DNA from: Reclinomonas americana ATCC 50394
Taxonomy: Eukaryota
Length of the DNA: 33,305 bases
Direction of reading: 5' to 3'
NCBI GenBank assembly: GCA_048213135.1
Contig: PS015129.1
Span: forward strand, 44,696-78,000
The position numbers and the translations under genes are program-made. This document shows, piece after piece, positions 12,001-23,675 of this stretch. Numbering within the stretch: position 1 is the first letter of the stretch; the number at the start of each line of letters is the position of its first letter. The notes beneath the pieces are model-generated. The model saw only the letters and a list, made by a program, of their open reading frames with translations, was not told the DNA's origin and did no database searches.

Positions 12001-12694
12001 CAGAAGGAGAAACCAATGCGATGAGTGAGGCACGGGCTGAACAACAAGACATTCCTTTCCTTCTTCCCTCTCCCTGCGAAGATGATCGAGAAAGGCAAAA
12101 GATAACGAGAAAACGAGGAAGGGACAGGGAGAGAAAGAAGAGAGGAGATAAACGCCAGCGACAACAGAGTAACAGATCAGGAGGAGAGAACAGTGCAAAG
12201 GCTCGCAAAAACGCACTCCTTTCCTTCTCGCCTCTCTCAGTAGGGATGATCGAGAGAGGAAGAGAGAGGCGGAAGATAACGAGAGAGAAAGAAGAGACAA
12301 GAGATGCGCAACGCAACTACATCGACCAGTGCGCTGTAGTCCGGCAGCCCTTCGTCGGGCTGAATCCAGTGACCTGCAACGCGCGTCTCGCTCAGCCTCA
12401 CTTTCGCAAAGAGAATGAAAGTGAAGCAAGACCTCCAACAAACTCCCAGCGTCCCTGCTGCACGAGCTCCTGCACAAACTGTCGATCCTCAATCGACGCC
12501 TCCTCGTACCATCGATGGAAGAATGAACTGCAGCGCACATGAGAGACAGACACACAGGCAGAGAAAGAGAGAGAGACACAACGTTTCCGCCCAAGTAAAC
12601 TTTCGCGCTGAGTTGCCTCGCAACGCCGCCAGCACCGATCGGAAGATGTTGGAGACCTCAGAGCGGTAGTAATCCTCAAAGGTCTTTAACCAGC
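6025..12694 (-). CDS. Class II alpha-mannosidase (glycoside hydrolase family 38), ~20 exons; 5' exon(s) presumably in the 12913-13296 gap
   Basis: Spliced motifs in the expected order: GWLKT, FTWAETSFFHRW, WEFVGGHWIQPDE, WQIDPFGH (nucleophile Asp), IPFGDDF, YATPSDYF, YWTGYYT, QHHDSITGT, SGAYIFRP, ELMLHRRL..DDGRG, LTIEPADIRT. These are followed by a Pro-rich exon with a TM helix. Confidence 0.95.
11670..12300. repeat. Degenerate ~170-210 bp periodic intronic repeat, four copies
   Basis: gatgatcgaga(a)agg..gaaga(t)aacgaga recurs at ~11676, 11872, 12081 and 12245. Confidence 0.75.
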
Positions 12695-12843
12695 CTGACG
12701 AAGAGAGAAAGGGAGTGAGAGGGGAAGGCGGAAAGGGAGGAAAGGGGAAAGAGGGAAAGGGAGGGAGAGGAGAGAGGAGAGTTGCAGAGAGAGTGAGAGA
12801 GACAGGATGAGGGCAGGAAGCAGCAAAGCACAAGAATGCTGCG

Positions 12844-13403
<560 letters not shown>

Positions 13404-13411
13404 GAGAGAGA

Positions 13412-13470
13412 GTTGAACTTGGTCATCAAGACAGCTGCTGCTTGTTTGTTGGTGAATGAATTTGTTGTTG
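13412..13470 (+). repeat. Dispersed ~55-bp element, copy 1
   Basis: GTTGAACTTGGTCATCAAGACAGCTGCTGCTTGTTTGTTGGTGAA..., near-identical to 20103-20158 (-) and 32166-32203 (+). Confidence 0.95.
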
Positions 13471-13510
13471 TTGGGTGTGTGCTTGGGAGAGTATGTGTTT
13501 GAGTGTTGAG

Positions 13511-14671
13511 ATGCAGCGAGGGAACGAAGAGACTCTCCACAGTTTGACATGCATCATGCAAGTGCTGTGGAGTTCTTATCACCGCCTCTTCTCTCACAAC
13601 CGCGCTTTTCGCCCTCCACGCCTCCTGCACTGCCGTTCATCTCTGCTGCTTTCTGTTTGTCATTTCGTTCTGCTGAGTCAGACATTCCCCGTGCACAAGC
13701 ACATATCCCCTGCTCTTAAGCATCCCTTCCTCCCTCATTTCCCTTGCCCTCTCACAGGAGGCCCTGGTGGAAAAATGTGCCTTCCTCTGCGAAGAGGGCC
13801 ACATGTCGGTGGTGTCACAAATCCTCCTGCACCACGTGCGCACGCGGCAGCCGCTCCCCGTGGACTGGCTTGGCATGGACCGGGCGGCGGGCAGGAGCTC
13901 ACCTGTGCGCGAGTCGCCGCCGCCCACGTCGCCGCCCTCGCCGCCGCTGCCGCGCTCTCGCGCCGACGACGATGAGCAAGAAGATGAAGCAGTTGGCGAC
14001 GAAGAAGTAGAAGATGTGGCGGTCGATGCAGGCAAGGCGGCTGAGGACGAGCAGGTGGAACAACAGCGGGATGAGGAGGCAGTAGATGAGCCGCAGCGCG
14101 TGGTGCCGCCACTGCTCAATGGCGACCGAGCGATAGCGCAGCCACTGGCACGGCCGCCCAGTGGCTCTGGCGTCGGCGACATTGCCACGGAATCGGTGGT
14201 GAACATGCTGCGATCGCGACCGCTGTTGCCTCCACCGCCACACGTATCATCGTACGCACCGCCGGCGCTTGACGAAACCATGGACCTGAACGACGTCTCG
14301 ATTCAGCACCGCATGCCACGACCGGCCCTTGGCAGCGACTGGTACATTCCGCGTGTCGGCGACCGTGTCAGTGTCACTCGCCAGTTGAGACTCGGCACGG
14401 TGCGATTCGTGGGTGAGACCGCGTTTGCCGGCGGATTGTGGGTCGGTGTGGAGCTGGACAAGCGAGGTGCGTTGTCTGCAGATGAAGGGGGAGGATAAGG
14501 AACTCACAGGAGTGCTTGTTCATGCAGAGGGTCGCAACGACGGCTGCATCGATGGTGTCAGTTATTTCCGCTGCAATGCTGGCCATGGCGTGTTTGTGCG
14601 CCCCGAGTCCGTCACTCCACTGCCGTCTGCCACGTCGGTGAGTGGGAGGAGAAGGGAGAGAGGAGAGAGAA

Positions 14672-14688
<17 letters not shown>
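13511..14688 (+). CDS. CAP-Gly domain protein (exons ~13511-13561, 13758-14466, 14528-14688)
   Basis: RVGDRVSV...GTVRFVGETAFAGGLWVGVELDKRE-GRNDGCIDGVSYFRCNAGHGVFVRP is a canonical CAP-Gly domain (GKNDG-type motif). The first exon and the exact 3' end are inferred. Confidence 0.88.
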
Positions 14689-14705
<17 letters not shown>

Positions 14706-14777
14706 AAGAGATAGGGAGAGAGAGACAGCCGAAGCAAGTAGAAGTGGAGTGAAGAGAAGAAGAGAAGAGGAGAGATG

Positions 14778-14845
<68 letters not shown>

Positions 14846-14865
14846 NNNNNNNNNNNNNNNNNNNN

Positions 14866-14911
<46 letters not shown>

Positions 14912-17900
14912 AACTGTGTGTCGTGCTCACCGACGACGCGGTGTCCATGAACAGCTCGGGCTCGGAATCCGAGTCCTCTACTGCCTCTGTGCGAGAGAAG
15001 CGTGAGGTGAGACGACAACAAATATAACGACAAAGGTGCTTGACGCAACTGCTGCGCGAGGAGGGCGGTCGCCTGCGAGCACAGCACGGTCGTGCGCGTA
15101 ATCGGCGGTACACAGAGTCGACGGTGGGGATGGCGTAGAGTAGGACGCCGCCCACCGCGACCAGCATGGAGATCAGATCGGCTTGGGAGAGTGGCACGGC
15201 GTCGGTGCTCATGATCTGTGACAGGGGAAAGGGGGAAGGGAGGGGAGGAGGAGAAGGGTGAGGAGAGGGGGGGGGGGAGGGGGGGAGCAGAGCGACAGGG
15301 GGAGCGAGCAGAGCGACAGGGGGAGCGAGCAGAGCGACAGAAGGGAGCAGAGCGACAGAAGGGAGCAGAGCGACAGAAGGGAGCAGAGCGACAGGGTGAC
15401 CGATAGCACTCTTGTCGCCTTTCCCAAGTGAGCACGCAACAAATGACTCGGCAGACAGGAGATTGGCGGCCACTGCAATCACGCCGGTGCAAAGGAACAG
15501 CACGGACGAGGGCTGCGGGCAAAACGAGGTGAGATTCACCACCGCAGACGCGACTGTGGATTGCACGCACCGCATACTTGATTGCGAATGGCAGTGAAAA
15601 ATTGTGCACGAAGGTGGAACCTGTAGCGGCCGCGAATCCGCGTCAGCTGTTGCTGACTTTCTCATTCACAAGCGATCAGCGTACCACTCACCAACAAGAA
15701 TGAGGTAGTAAATCCACGCGTTGGCGCAGCGAGAGGAGGCAGCCGTGTCCTGATTCAGGAGACACTTGCCTCCATCAACAAAGTAGCTGTTTGCATGAAT
15801 GCGTGAGTGTCCCTTCCTTGTGCTTCGTTTTCTCTGTGCGAACGCAACTTGAACATCTCCGACCACGTGTTGTCGCCGAGGTGCGGAAGCAGACGGAGAG
15901 GAATGAACAGAAAGCCGAACAACACTGTGAATCCGGTGATAAACATGCTCTGCGGCTCGACGCGTCAGACGACACACAGAGGAGCGCGAGTCAAGAATCA
16001 GGCAAACCTGATAGAATGGATCCACCACCACGTGCTTGAGATGCTGTCCGAGGAAAATCGTCACCAATGCGGCCGGCACGGTGCTGGCTGCAAACACAGC
16101 CTCGGAGACCTGTCTCGATCGCGTCAGCAGTGTTCTCGTCTTTCATGACGCAACACACCACGCACCACATCGCCCTTCCTGGTGTCCATGAAGAACTCGG
16201 AGACAATCGGCGCGAGTGCGCCAAGTGCCAGGACCACACTAGCCACCAGATGCAACCATGTACACCTGGGGGATGCAATGGGCGGAGGGTGAGGCAGAAG
16301 CACAACGGAGGTGAAATGAAAAGGGCGCGCACCGTTTGCGGAGGATGAGAAAAGTGAGGAGCACGACCAGCGGTGTGTGGAACTGAGGACGGAGAGATCG
16401 ATTGGTGAATATCGTGGCGCCCGCTCAACCCATGCACGCCAGCTCACCTGCTGCAGAACCGGTTGCATGGACAGTGGTGTCCCATTGGCCGACGCAAACA
16501 TCAAGAACACCGAGAGCGCGCCGAGAAACGCACACAACAACAGCTTCCACTTGGGGAATCGCCTGCCACGCAAAAAAAATCAGCACCTCCCCGTTTCTTT
16601 GCTTTTTTATCTTCCGCACACTCACCGCGTTTGCGCCGTCACGTATCCCAGTCGATGCCGCAGCAGTACAAGCGGCAGCAGCAGCAGTGCATACGATTTC
16701 AACACGACCACTTGCAGGAATAGTGTTCCGCCGCCAAACACGCGGGTGGCTGTGAAACGCGGAGGGTGAGCGCGACAGAGAGGAGAGGGGAAGGGAAGGC
16801 AATGGGAGGGGAGGGGAAGGAGAGGGAAGAGAGGGGAAAGGGGAAGCAAAGGGACGGGAACAGTGAGAAGAGAGGGGAAGGAGGGGAAGGAGGGGAAGGA
16901 GGGGAAGGAGGGGAAGGAGGGGAAGGAGGGGAAGGAGAGGGGAGGGAGGCAGGAAGAGAGGGGAAGAGAGAGAGAGACGAGATACGACTGACGAGGAGTG
17001 AGAGAAACGAAGCAGTGATGAGGCGGGGTGGTGAAAGGCGGCGAGGCGAGTAACGAGGAGCGACAAAAGCAGGAAGCGAGAGAGCGAGAGAAGAGAGAGA
17101 GAGAGAGCGAGAGAANNNNNNNNNNNNNNNNNNNNNNNNNNNNNNNNNNNNNNNNNNNNNNNNNNNNNNNNNNNNNNNNNNNNNNNNNNNNNNNNNNNNN
17201 NNNNNNNNNNNNNNNNNNNNNNNNNNNNNNNNNNNNNNNNNNNNNNNNNNNNNNNNNNNNNNNNNNNNNNNNNNNNNNNNNNNNNNNNNNNNNNNNNNNN
17301 NNNNNNNNNNNNNNNNNNNNNNNNNNNNNNNNNNNNNNNNNNNNNNNNNNNNNNNNNNNNNNNNNNNNNNNNNNNNNNNNNNNNNNNNNNNNNNNNNNNN
17401 NNNNNNNNNNNNNNNNNNNNNNNNNNNNNNNNNNNNNNNNNNNNNNNNNNNNNNNNNNNNNNNNNNNNNNNNNNNNNNNNNNNNNNNNNNNNNNNNNNNN
17501 NNNNNNNNNNNNNNNNNNNNNNNNNNNNNNNNNNNNNNNNNNNNNNNNNNNNNNNNNNNNNNNNNNNNNNNNNAAGAAAGAAAGAAAGAGACGAGGGACG
17601 ATGCGAGGACTGATCGAGACACAGGCAATGGGGTGGCAGAGCCCAAGAGGCGTCAGGCAGGCACAACAAGAAGAAAGTGACAGAAAGTACGAGAGAGCAG
17701 CGAGAGAGAGAGAGAGAGAGCGACGAGGGCTGAGAGAAGAGAGAGAGTGACAGAGAGAGACGAAGGGAGATCAGGAGAATACAAGAGGCGAAGAGACGCT
17801 GGAGAGGCTGGAGGCAACGAGACAAGAAGCAGGGGGAACGCGAGCGAGCACAGGGAGGAAAAGGCGAAAGAGGAAATTCACGAAAGACAGGAGACGACGA

Positions 17901-18549
17901 ACGCACTCCCCTCCCCGCCCTCCTTCCCCACCCCACTCACCCTTGGCAAACCCGACATGCACAAACACTCCGCTGGCCGTAAACACCAACAACAACACGG
18001 GCGCCAGCACCATCACCCTCAACGACGACGGCATCTGCGACGCTCCTCCAGTCGCTGCACCCGACGCCCCACTTCCCGTGCCCACCAGATCGACCTTGGA
18101 GCTCATCGACGAGTGCAACAACAGTGGCGCACGTGCACCATTGTTGTTGCTGTTTGCATGCAATAACATGCCCATTTCATCCTCTTCTGTCTCGGTGGTC
18201 ATCGAGTGCTCGCCGGAGGAGCTGGACGAGTTGGAGCGGCGGCGACCGGGCCCGCGAGCACATGCGCGTCGTGCTTGTGAGGCGGCGGCGCCTTGCACGT
18301 TGCCTTGTGTGAGAAGGGATTCTCCGAGTGGAGGTGGTGGTGAAGAGGAGGTGGCGATTGGTGGAAGAGTGTGGGGAGGAAGAGGAGGAGAGGAGGGTGG
18401 TAATGAGGTGGGTTGTGTGGAGGAGGGGTGGCGGCGACGACGCCAGTCAGTGTTGCGTTGGCGTTGTTGTGGGGGGTCTGTGAGTGGCGGAGTGAGTGAG
18501 GGAAGGAGAAGAGAGGGGGAGAGTGTGTGCGGGTGTATGTACCGCTCAT
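14612..18549 (-). CDS. CRT-like (chloroquine-resistance-transporter / CLT family, DMT superfamily) membrane transporter, ~14 exons
   Basis: Spliced GYVTAQTRRFPKWKLLLCAFLGALSVFLMFASANGTPLSMQPVLQQ, FAASTVPAAL, FLFIPL, DGGKCLL...C, AIKYA, FIMSTDAVPLS, GGVLLY. These match the CRT-family motif order as I recall it. Both termini are inferred. Confidence 0.78.
15283..15395. repeat. Intronic minisatellite, 18-21 bp unit (gagcagagcgacag...) x6
   Basis: Directly visible. Confidence 0.95.
16872..16937. repeat. Intronic (ggggaagga)n 9-bp tandem repeat
   Basis: Directly visible, about 7 units. Confidence 0.95.
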
Positions 18550-18612
18550 GAGCGCGCTGGGATGAGAGGGTTGCGCAGAGAGAGAGGACGGAGCGTGACT
18601 TTGTGCGGGACC

Positions 18613-18995
18613 GATATCTTAAGTGTGTTCCGTCGACGTATTGAGGTTTTCACTGTCTCTGCACGAATGTTATGCTGCAACATAGAACGCAGCAGCAACA
18701 GCAAGCAACGGCAGCGGTCTTCCTCAATATCTGCACTCAAACACCGAATTCCATCGACGTTAACGTTCTCGTCGAGGTTCTCACTCTCTTGAAGCTGCGT
18801 GCTTGCAACGTAGAACACAGTGGCAACAGCTAGCAACGGTGGCTGACTTGCTCAGCCAGAATCGATATCTGCACTCAAACGCCAAGTTCTTGACCGCAAA
18901 CAATGCGATGTATTTCCATCGACGTTCCCGTTGAGGTTCTCACTCGCTAGAAGCTGTGTGCTTGCAACGTCGAGCACAGCAGCAGCCAAGTTCAT
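18613..18995. repeat. Three diverged tandem copies of a ~115-140 bp unit
   Basis: atatct...ttcc(a/g)tcgacgt...gaggtt(c/t)tcact...tgcaac.t.ga.c.cag starts at ~18614, 18727 and 18866. Confidence 0.85.
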
Positions 18996-19149
18996 GCAGC
19001 TGCAGACTGAAACACCGAAGCTCTGGTTGATGCAATGTTTGCACTCGGCGCATCGCATCGCTGCGCCATGACCAGTGGATCCGAAACGTTGCTGCGTTTC
19101 GCAGAAGGCCAATGCGAAGCAGGGACTGGCGATGAAGCAGCGGAGGCCG

Positions 19150-19903
19150 TCGCAACAAGCTCGGCATACGGTCGTCCGCCGTAAGCAATACACCATGAGC
19201 TCGACATTCAGCACCTTCGTCGCCTGTGCCTCGGCATCCGCACCTGCTCGAGTCACAGCCACAATGTCTGGTTTCCTGCCTTCCCAGTGTAGAAGACTGC
19301 CTCGCGCTTGTGTTTGCGCGGAGAGTGAGAAAGGGAGAGATGGAGTGGAAGGGGGAGCGAGGGAGGCAAGGCGAGAGAAATGAAGGCGATGCATCGATGA
19401 ATGATGAGAGAAGGAGTGCAGGGTGGGAAGAGAGAGAGATGAAGTGGGAGGGAAGCGAGAGAGGGAGGGAAGGGAAAGAATGATGGAAGAGAAGAAGGGC
19501 GGGAAGAGAGCAAAGTATGAAGCGAAGAGAGCGCTGCGAGAGATGCAGAGGAAGCGGAAAGAGAGTGCAATCCATGTGAGCAATGAAGGAGAAGGACCAC
19601 AACACCAGCAGCTCACGCCTGTTCAAGCGTGTATTGTGACAAGAGATCAGCTTCTCACACACACCAGCGCGCCTTCCACACACACACCAACACACACACG
19701 TGCTCTCTCTCTCTCTCTCTCCCTCTCTCCCTCTCTCCCTCTCTCCCACTCTCCAAGCACGATCACCACGGGTTGGCGGAGGGAGTCGCGGACGAGGGAC
19801 CAGTGGCACCGGGTGCAATCGGCGGCAAGAACGGGTTCGTCTCCTTGGGGCTGTAGCCGGAGACAGTGGCCAGCTGGATGGGCGACATGGTCTCGTCGTT
19901 CAT
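19150..19903 (-). pseudogene. Hypothetical spliced gene or relic with a PD-(D/E)xK-like segment
   Basis: A GC3-rich exon MNDETMSPIQ...TNPFLPP...ANPW (19903-19767) can splice via RELLV to LLHWEGRKPDIVAVTR...KVLNVELMV. No clean continuation follows. Confidence 0.3.
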
Positions 19904-20102
19904 GATGAGAGAAAATGAAGTAGGCGGACACGGGACTTTCTTCGTTACCGCTCTTCTAATTGTTGCCTTGCTGGCTCGAGCGATGGTACACATGGAGGCT
20001 ACTACAATAGCTCACTGACAGCATCCCGTTGCAACGGGGCGAAAGCATGTCGACGTCGCTGCCGGTATTGTGCAATTGCAATCGATATCGGCAACCACGT
20101 AT

Positions 20103-20158
20103 ACAACAACAATTTCACCAACAAACAAGCAACAGCTGTCTTGATGACCAAGTTCAAC
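20103..20158 (-). repeat. Dispersed ~55-bp element, copy 2
   Basis: Reverse complement GTTGAACTTGGTCATCAAGACAGCTGTTGCTTGTTTGTTGGTGAAATTGTTGT; one mismatch to copy 1 over the first 45 nt. Confidence 0.95.
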
Positions 20159-20467
20159 CGGATCCAAAACATCAACACAAACACCATATCTTGAGGCAGC
20201 AGCAGGTTCCTTGTGTGTGTGTGTGTGTTCGCTCTCGGAGCTCCGAACAAGTCGAGAACTGCGATCTTGCTGTCTTTGTGGCCGCAGCGAGTCCCAAGCA
20301 CCGCAGTACGAAAGCCATTGAGTTAGCAAGTTCTGTAAGAAGCTGTGGATCTCTCGATCGCGCAAGTAAACATTATCTGCACAAGCCTTCATTTTCCTTT
20401 TTTGTACACATCCACCTTTGCAGTGGTTGAGTCATTTGAAGTCACAACACACACACGTGTGTCGCGC

Positions 20468-21333
20468 TCATGCCAAATTGAGGCCAATCTCCATCTGGGA
20501 AAAGAGAATGAGGTCCTGCGCGTGCGAGTCCTCGTGGCGAGTACCCTGCTTCAGCTCGAACTCGCGCTCCTGGCACTCGACAAAGCAGCCAAATGCGTCA
20601 AACTCGCGATACAGCATCTTCTCCTCCAGGCACTCGCGGCGGCACGACGACAGTCGCATCCTTGACTCCTCGCTAAAGCCGGCGTGCGCCAGTCCAGTAG
20701 CAGCGGCAGCGGCAGCCGAGGAGGCGGAGCCACCACCGTGAATCGCCTCGCGCATACGCTCCTCGGCATGCACGGCCGACGCCGACGGCAGGCGAGTGGC
20801 ACGCATGTCGCGCACGCCCTCCAGCTCGTCAGGCGACACCTCCTTTTGCTCAAACTCCGGGAACTCGTTCACGCAGTCGTAGAGGCAGCCGACTGTATAA
20901 AAAATGTAAGCACAGAGTATTATTCCGAATTTGGGCACGAACATCGGACAACGCAACACAAATCGAACTCGGCATCCGCGGCCTTGTCAGCGCGGCACTG
21001 GCGCTTGCACGACTCGACCGCCTCCAACATCATATCCGCAGTGAACTCGCAGCGAGTGTGGCAGCAGCACGTCTCCACGCCCGCCTGCAGCTCATCGCTC
21101 CAGTAGGTGACCAGTGTGCCACACGCGGCCGCGTCGTCGGGGCACTCGCACTCGCCGGAAGCCTCATTCATAACTCCGACAGCGTGCGAGGCCGCGTCGC
21201 CCAACGTCAAACACACGTCGTGATTGACTTCGTCGCGAGTGGCACCGGACACGAATGCAGCGCACAACACAATCGCCAGGACGACCACGGCCAGTGCGAA
21301 ACTTGACTTGCCAGCGGCGTGAAGAGAGACCAT
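20468..21333 (-). CDS. Secreted Cys-rich protein with an internal repeat (exons 21333-20958, 20892-20468)
   Basis: Signal-like N-terminus MVSLHAAGKSSFALAVVVLAIVLCAAFVSG and GC3-rich codons. The splice yields EFDLFGCLYDC, matching the downstream repeat EFDAFGCFVEC. Confidence 0.8.
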
Positions 21334-22146
21334 GATGGTGGGTGGGTAAAGAGAGAGGGAGAGTTGAGAGTTGGGACGGGGGGGTGGGGCGCTCTCTAAG
21401 AGTCGAGTCAAAATATGTTGTTCGTGTCTCGGGCAAATCTTCCGGTGTGACGACGGAGAAACAGCAGTGCTGCTGCATGTGCGACGTCGCGAATCTTTTC
21501 TCTCGAGGATAGGCAAGTAGGATATCCAGAAGCACAGCAGCCCACAGAGAATCACTTCCTCTTCTTTCTCTCTCCAGATGCGTATGCAGAATTTGGGAGG
21601 GTCGATATCTGTATCGCTGATCATTTTTCTGTTTCTCTTCTTTCCTCTGTCCGACTCCCTCTCGTGCACATGCAACTAGAGGTGTATCACACGCAAAGCA
21701 GCCCACACAGGACCACATTGTCTTTCTTTCCCTCTCGTTATGCAGGCAAATTATGGAGGACAGATATCACACACAAAACCAGTTTCTCTTGTTCCTGTCG
21801 GTTCTCAGCAGGGAGGGAGGGTTAAGTACAGCTGCAGCCCACAGAGAGCCTCTCTCTCTCTCTGTCTCTGTCTCTCTCTCTCTCTCTCTCTCTCCGGCAC
21901 AAGTGAAGTTGGGAAGGATCAAGAACAATCCCACCCTTCACAGATGCAGTTTCTCTCCCTTTTCTCGCGCGTGCAGAATGAGTCTCCACCCACACAAAAT
22001 CACTGTCCATCTTTTCTCTCTCTTCTTCTCTCTCTCCCTCTCTCTCTCTCTCTCCAAGCACACGCAAGTTTGGGAGTATAAGCAATTCTTCATGTCACTC
22101 TTCACGCGTAATGCGCGCGCACACACACTCTTTCCAGCGCACCGGT

Positions 22147-23640
22147 CTAGTACAGTGCAAACTTGAGCAGAGCCTCGATGATAAACTCGGAGATCGAGCC
22201 GCGGTCCGGGAACGTGCCAGCGAAACCGTAGGCCGCCACCGTGCCGCTCTTGAACTTCTTCGGGTCGGCCTTGACCTGATCAGAGAGGGGAAAGGGATGG
22301 TGAGGCGACAACAGGGAAGGAGTAGAGGGAAAGGGATAGAGGGGGGAAAGAGGTAGAGGGGGGAAAGAGGTAGAGGCGACAAAGGGGAAGGAGTAGAGGG
22401 AAAGGGATAGAGGGGAGGAAGAGAGTAGAAAGAGGCGAGCCTGCGAGTCCTGTGTCGAAATGAAACGAGAGCGAGTGCATGTTTCTCTCTTGCGAACAGC
22501 GCTTCGTATGTACTTGGCTGCCCAACTCTCGTGCTCGTTCAGTATCGGTCAGTGCGAAAGCAAGTCGGAGTGACGAGAGGGCAGTGAGCAGCCGGACGAA
22601 GATGATGAAGAGTACGAGGAGGAAAGCGATAAGAATGAGGAGAACTGATTCTCGGCGCTTTGACAACCTCGCTCAGAGGTATTAGTGCCCGAGACGGTGA
22701 ATGAAGGAGAAGAGAAGGAAAGTGAAGACATGAGAGGAAAGAGAGGACAGGAGAGAAAACACGCATTCCTACTTCTTCAACACTCCGTTGCACAAGCACA
22801 CGAAGCGCTCGACTCAATAGAGCGATTGATGTGAATAAAGGTTATTCCTCGCCTCCCTGTGGCGTGCTCTGACTCATACGCACGCAGTCGGATCCATCCT
22901 CCTTCTCCCGTCATCACTCTCTCCCTCCCTCTCCTCTCTCCCCTCCCCGCGCCACTCACCGCCTTCACGCCCTCCTTCAAATCGCGCACAAACTCCTCCC
23001 ACACATGCACATGGCGCATGGTCGTGGTGCAATGCAAACTGCGGGGGCGAGGAGATGAGTTTTCTTGCAGACGATGCTAACAAGAGTGAGACGGCACACG
23101 CAACGCATTCGGTCGCTGATTCTTCTCAATGTGCCAGTGCTTGTGCTCCAGGAACTGGGCGACCATGAAGATGTCCAACGACGGATCGGCGCTCTTGATG
23201 GCGAACACGACACCGCACGGCTCGGAGCAAATGGCCAGCTCGGGGATATCCTCGCGCACGCTGCACGGTATGCGTGAGTGGCGCGGCGCGAGGAGGGTTT
23301 CAAAAAAAGAGAAATACTCACGCTCTCATAATGTTGTCAGCCGCATCCTTGATCTGGCTCATCTCCTCAATGTAGCCTGGGCAAAGAGGGTTGAGAGGGG
23401 AAGGGGAAAGAGGGGGATAGAAAGGAGCAGTCAAGGAGTAAGAAAAGAGAAGTGAAAACGAGAGGTGACAGGAGGGGCAACACAACAGGATGACACGGAT
23501 TTTAGAGGGGCAATGGCTAAAGGAAGGAGAACGTCGAGAAAGGGGGAAGGAAAGAGAAGAAGAGTCATGAAGGCGGATGCAACAAGAGAAGCGCGGCGAG
23601 GGAAAGAGACAAGAAAATAAGCGAGAACGGACCGAAGAGA

Positions 23641-23675
<35 letters not shown>

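Noticed and set aside
15283-18995. CRISPR-like reading of the tandem repeats
   Set aside because: There is no constant repeat with unique spacers and no cas genes, and the context is eukaryotic.
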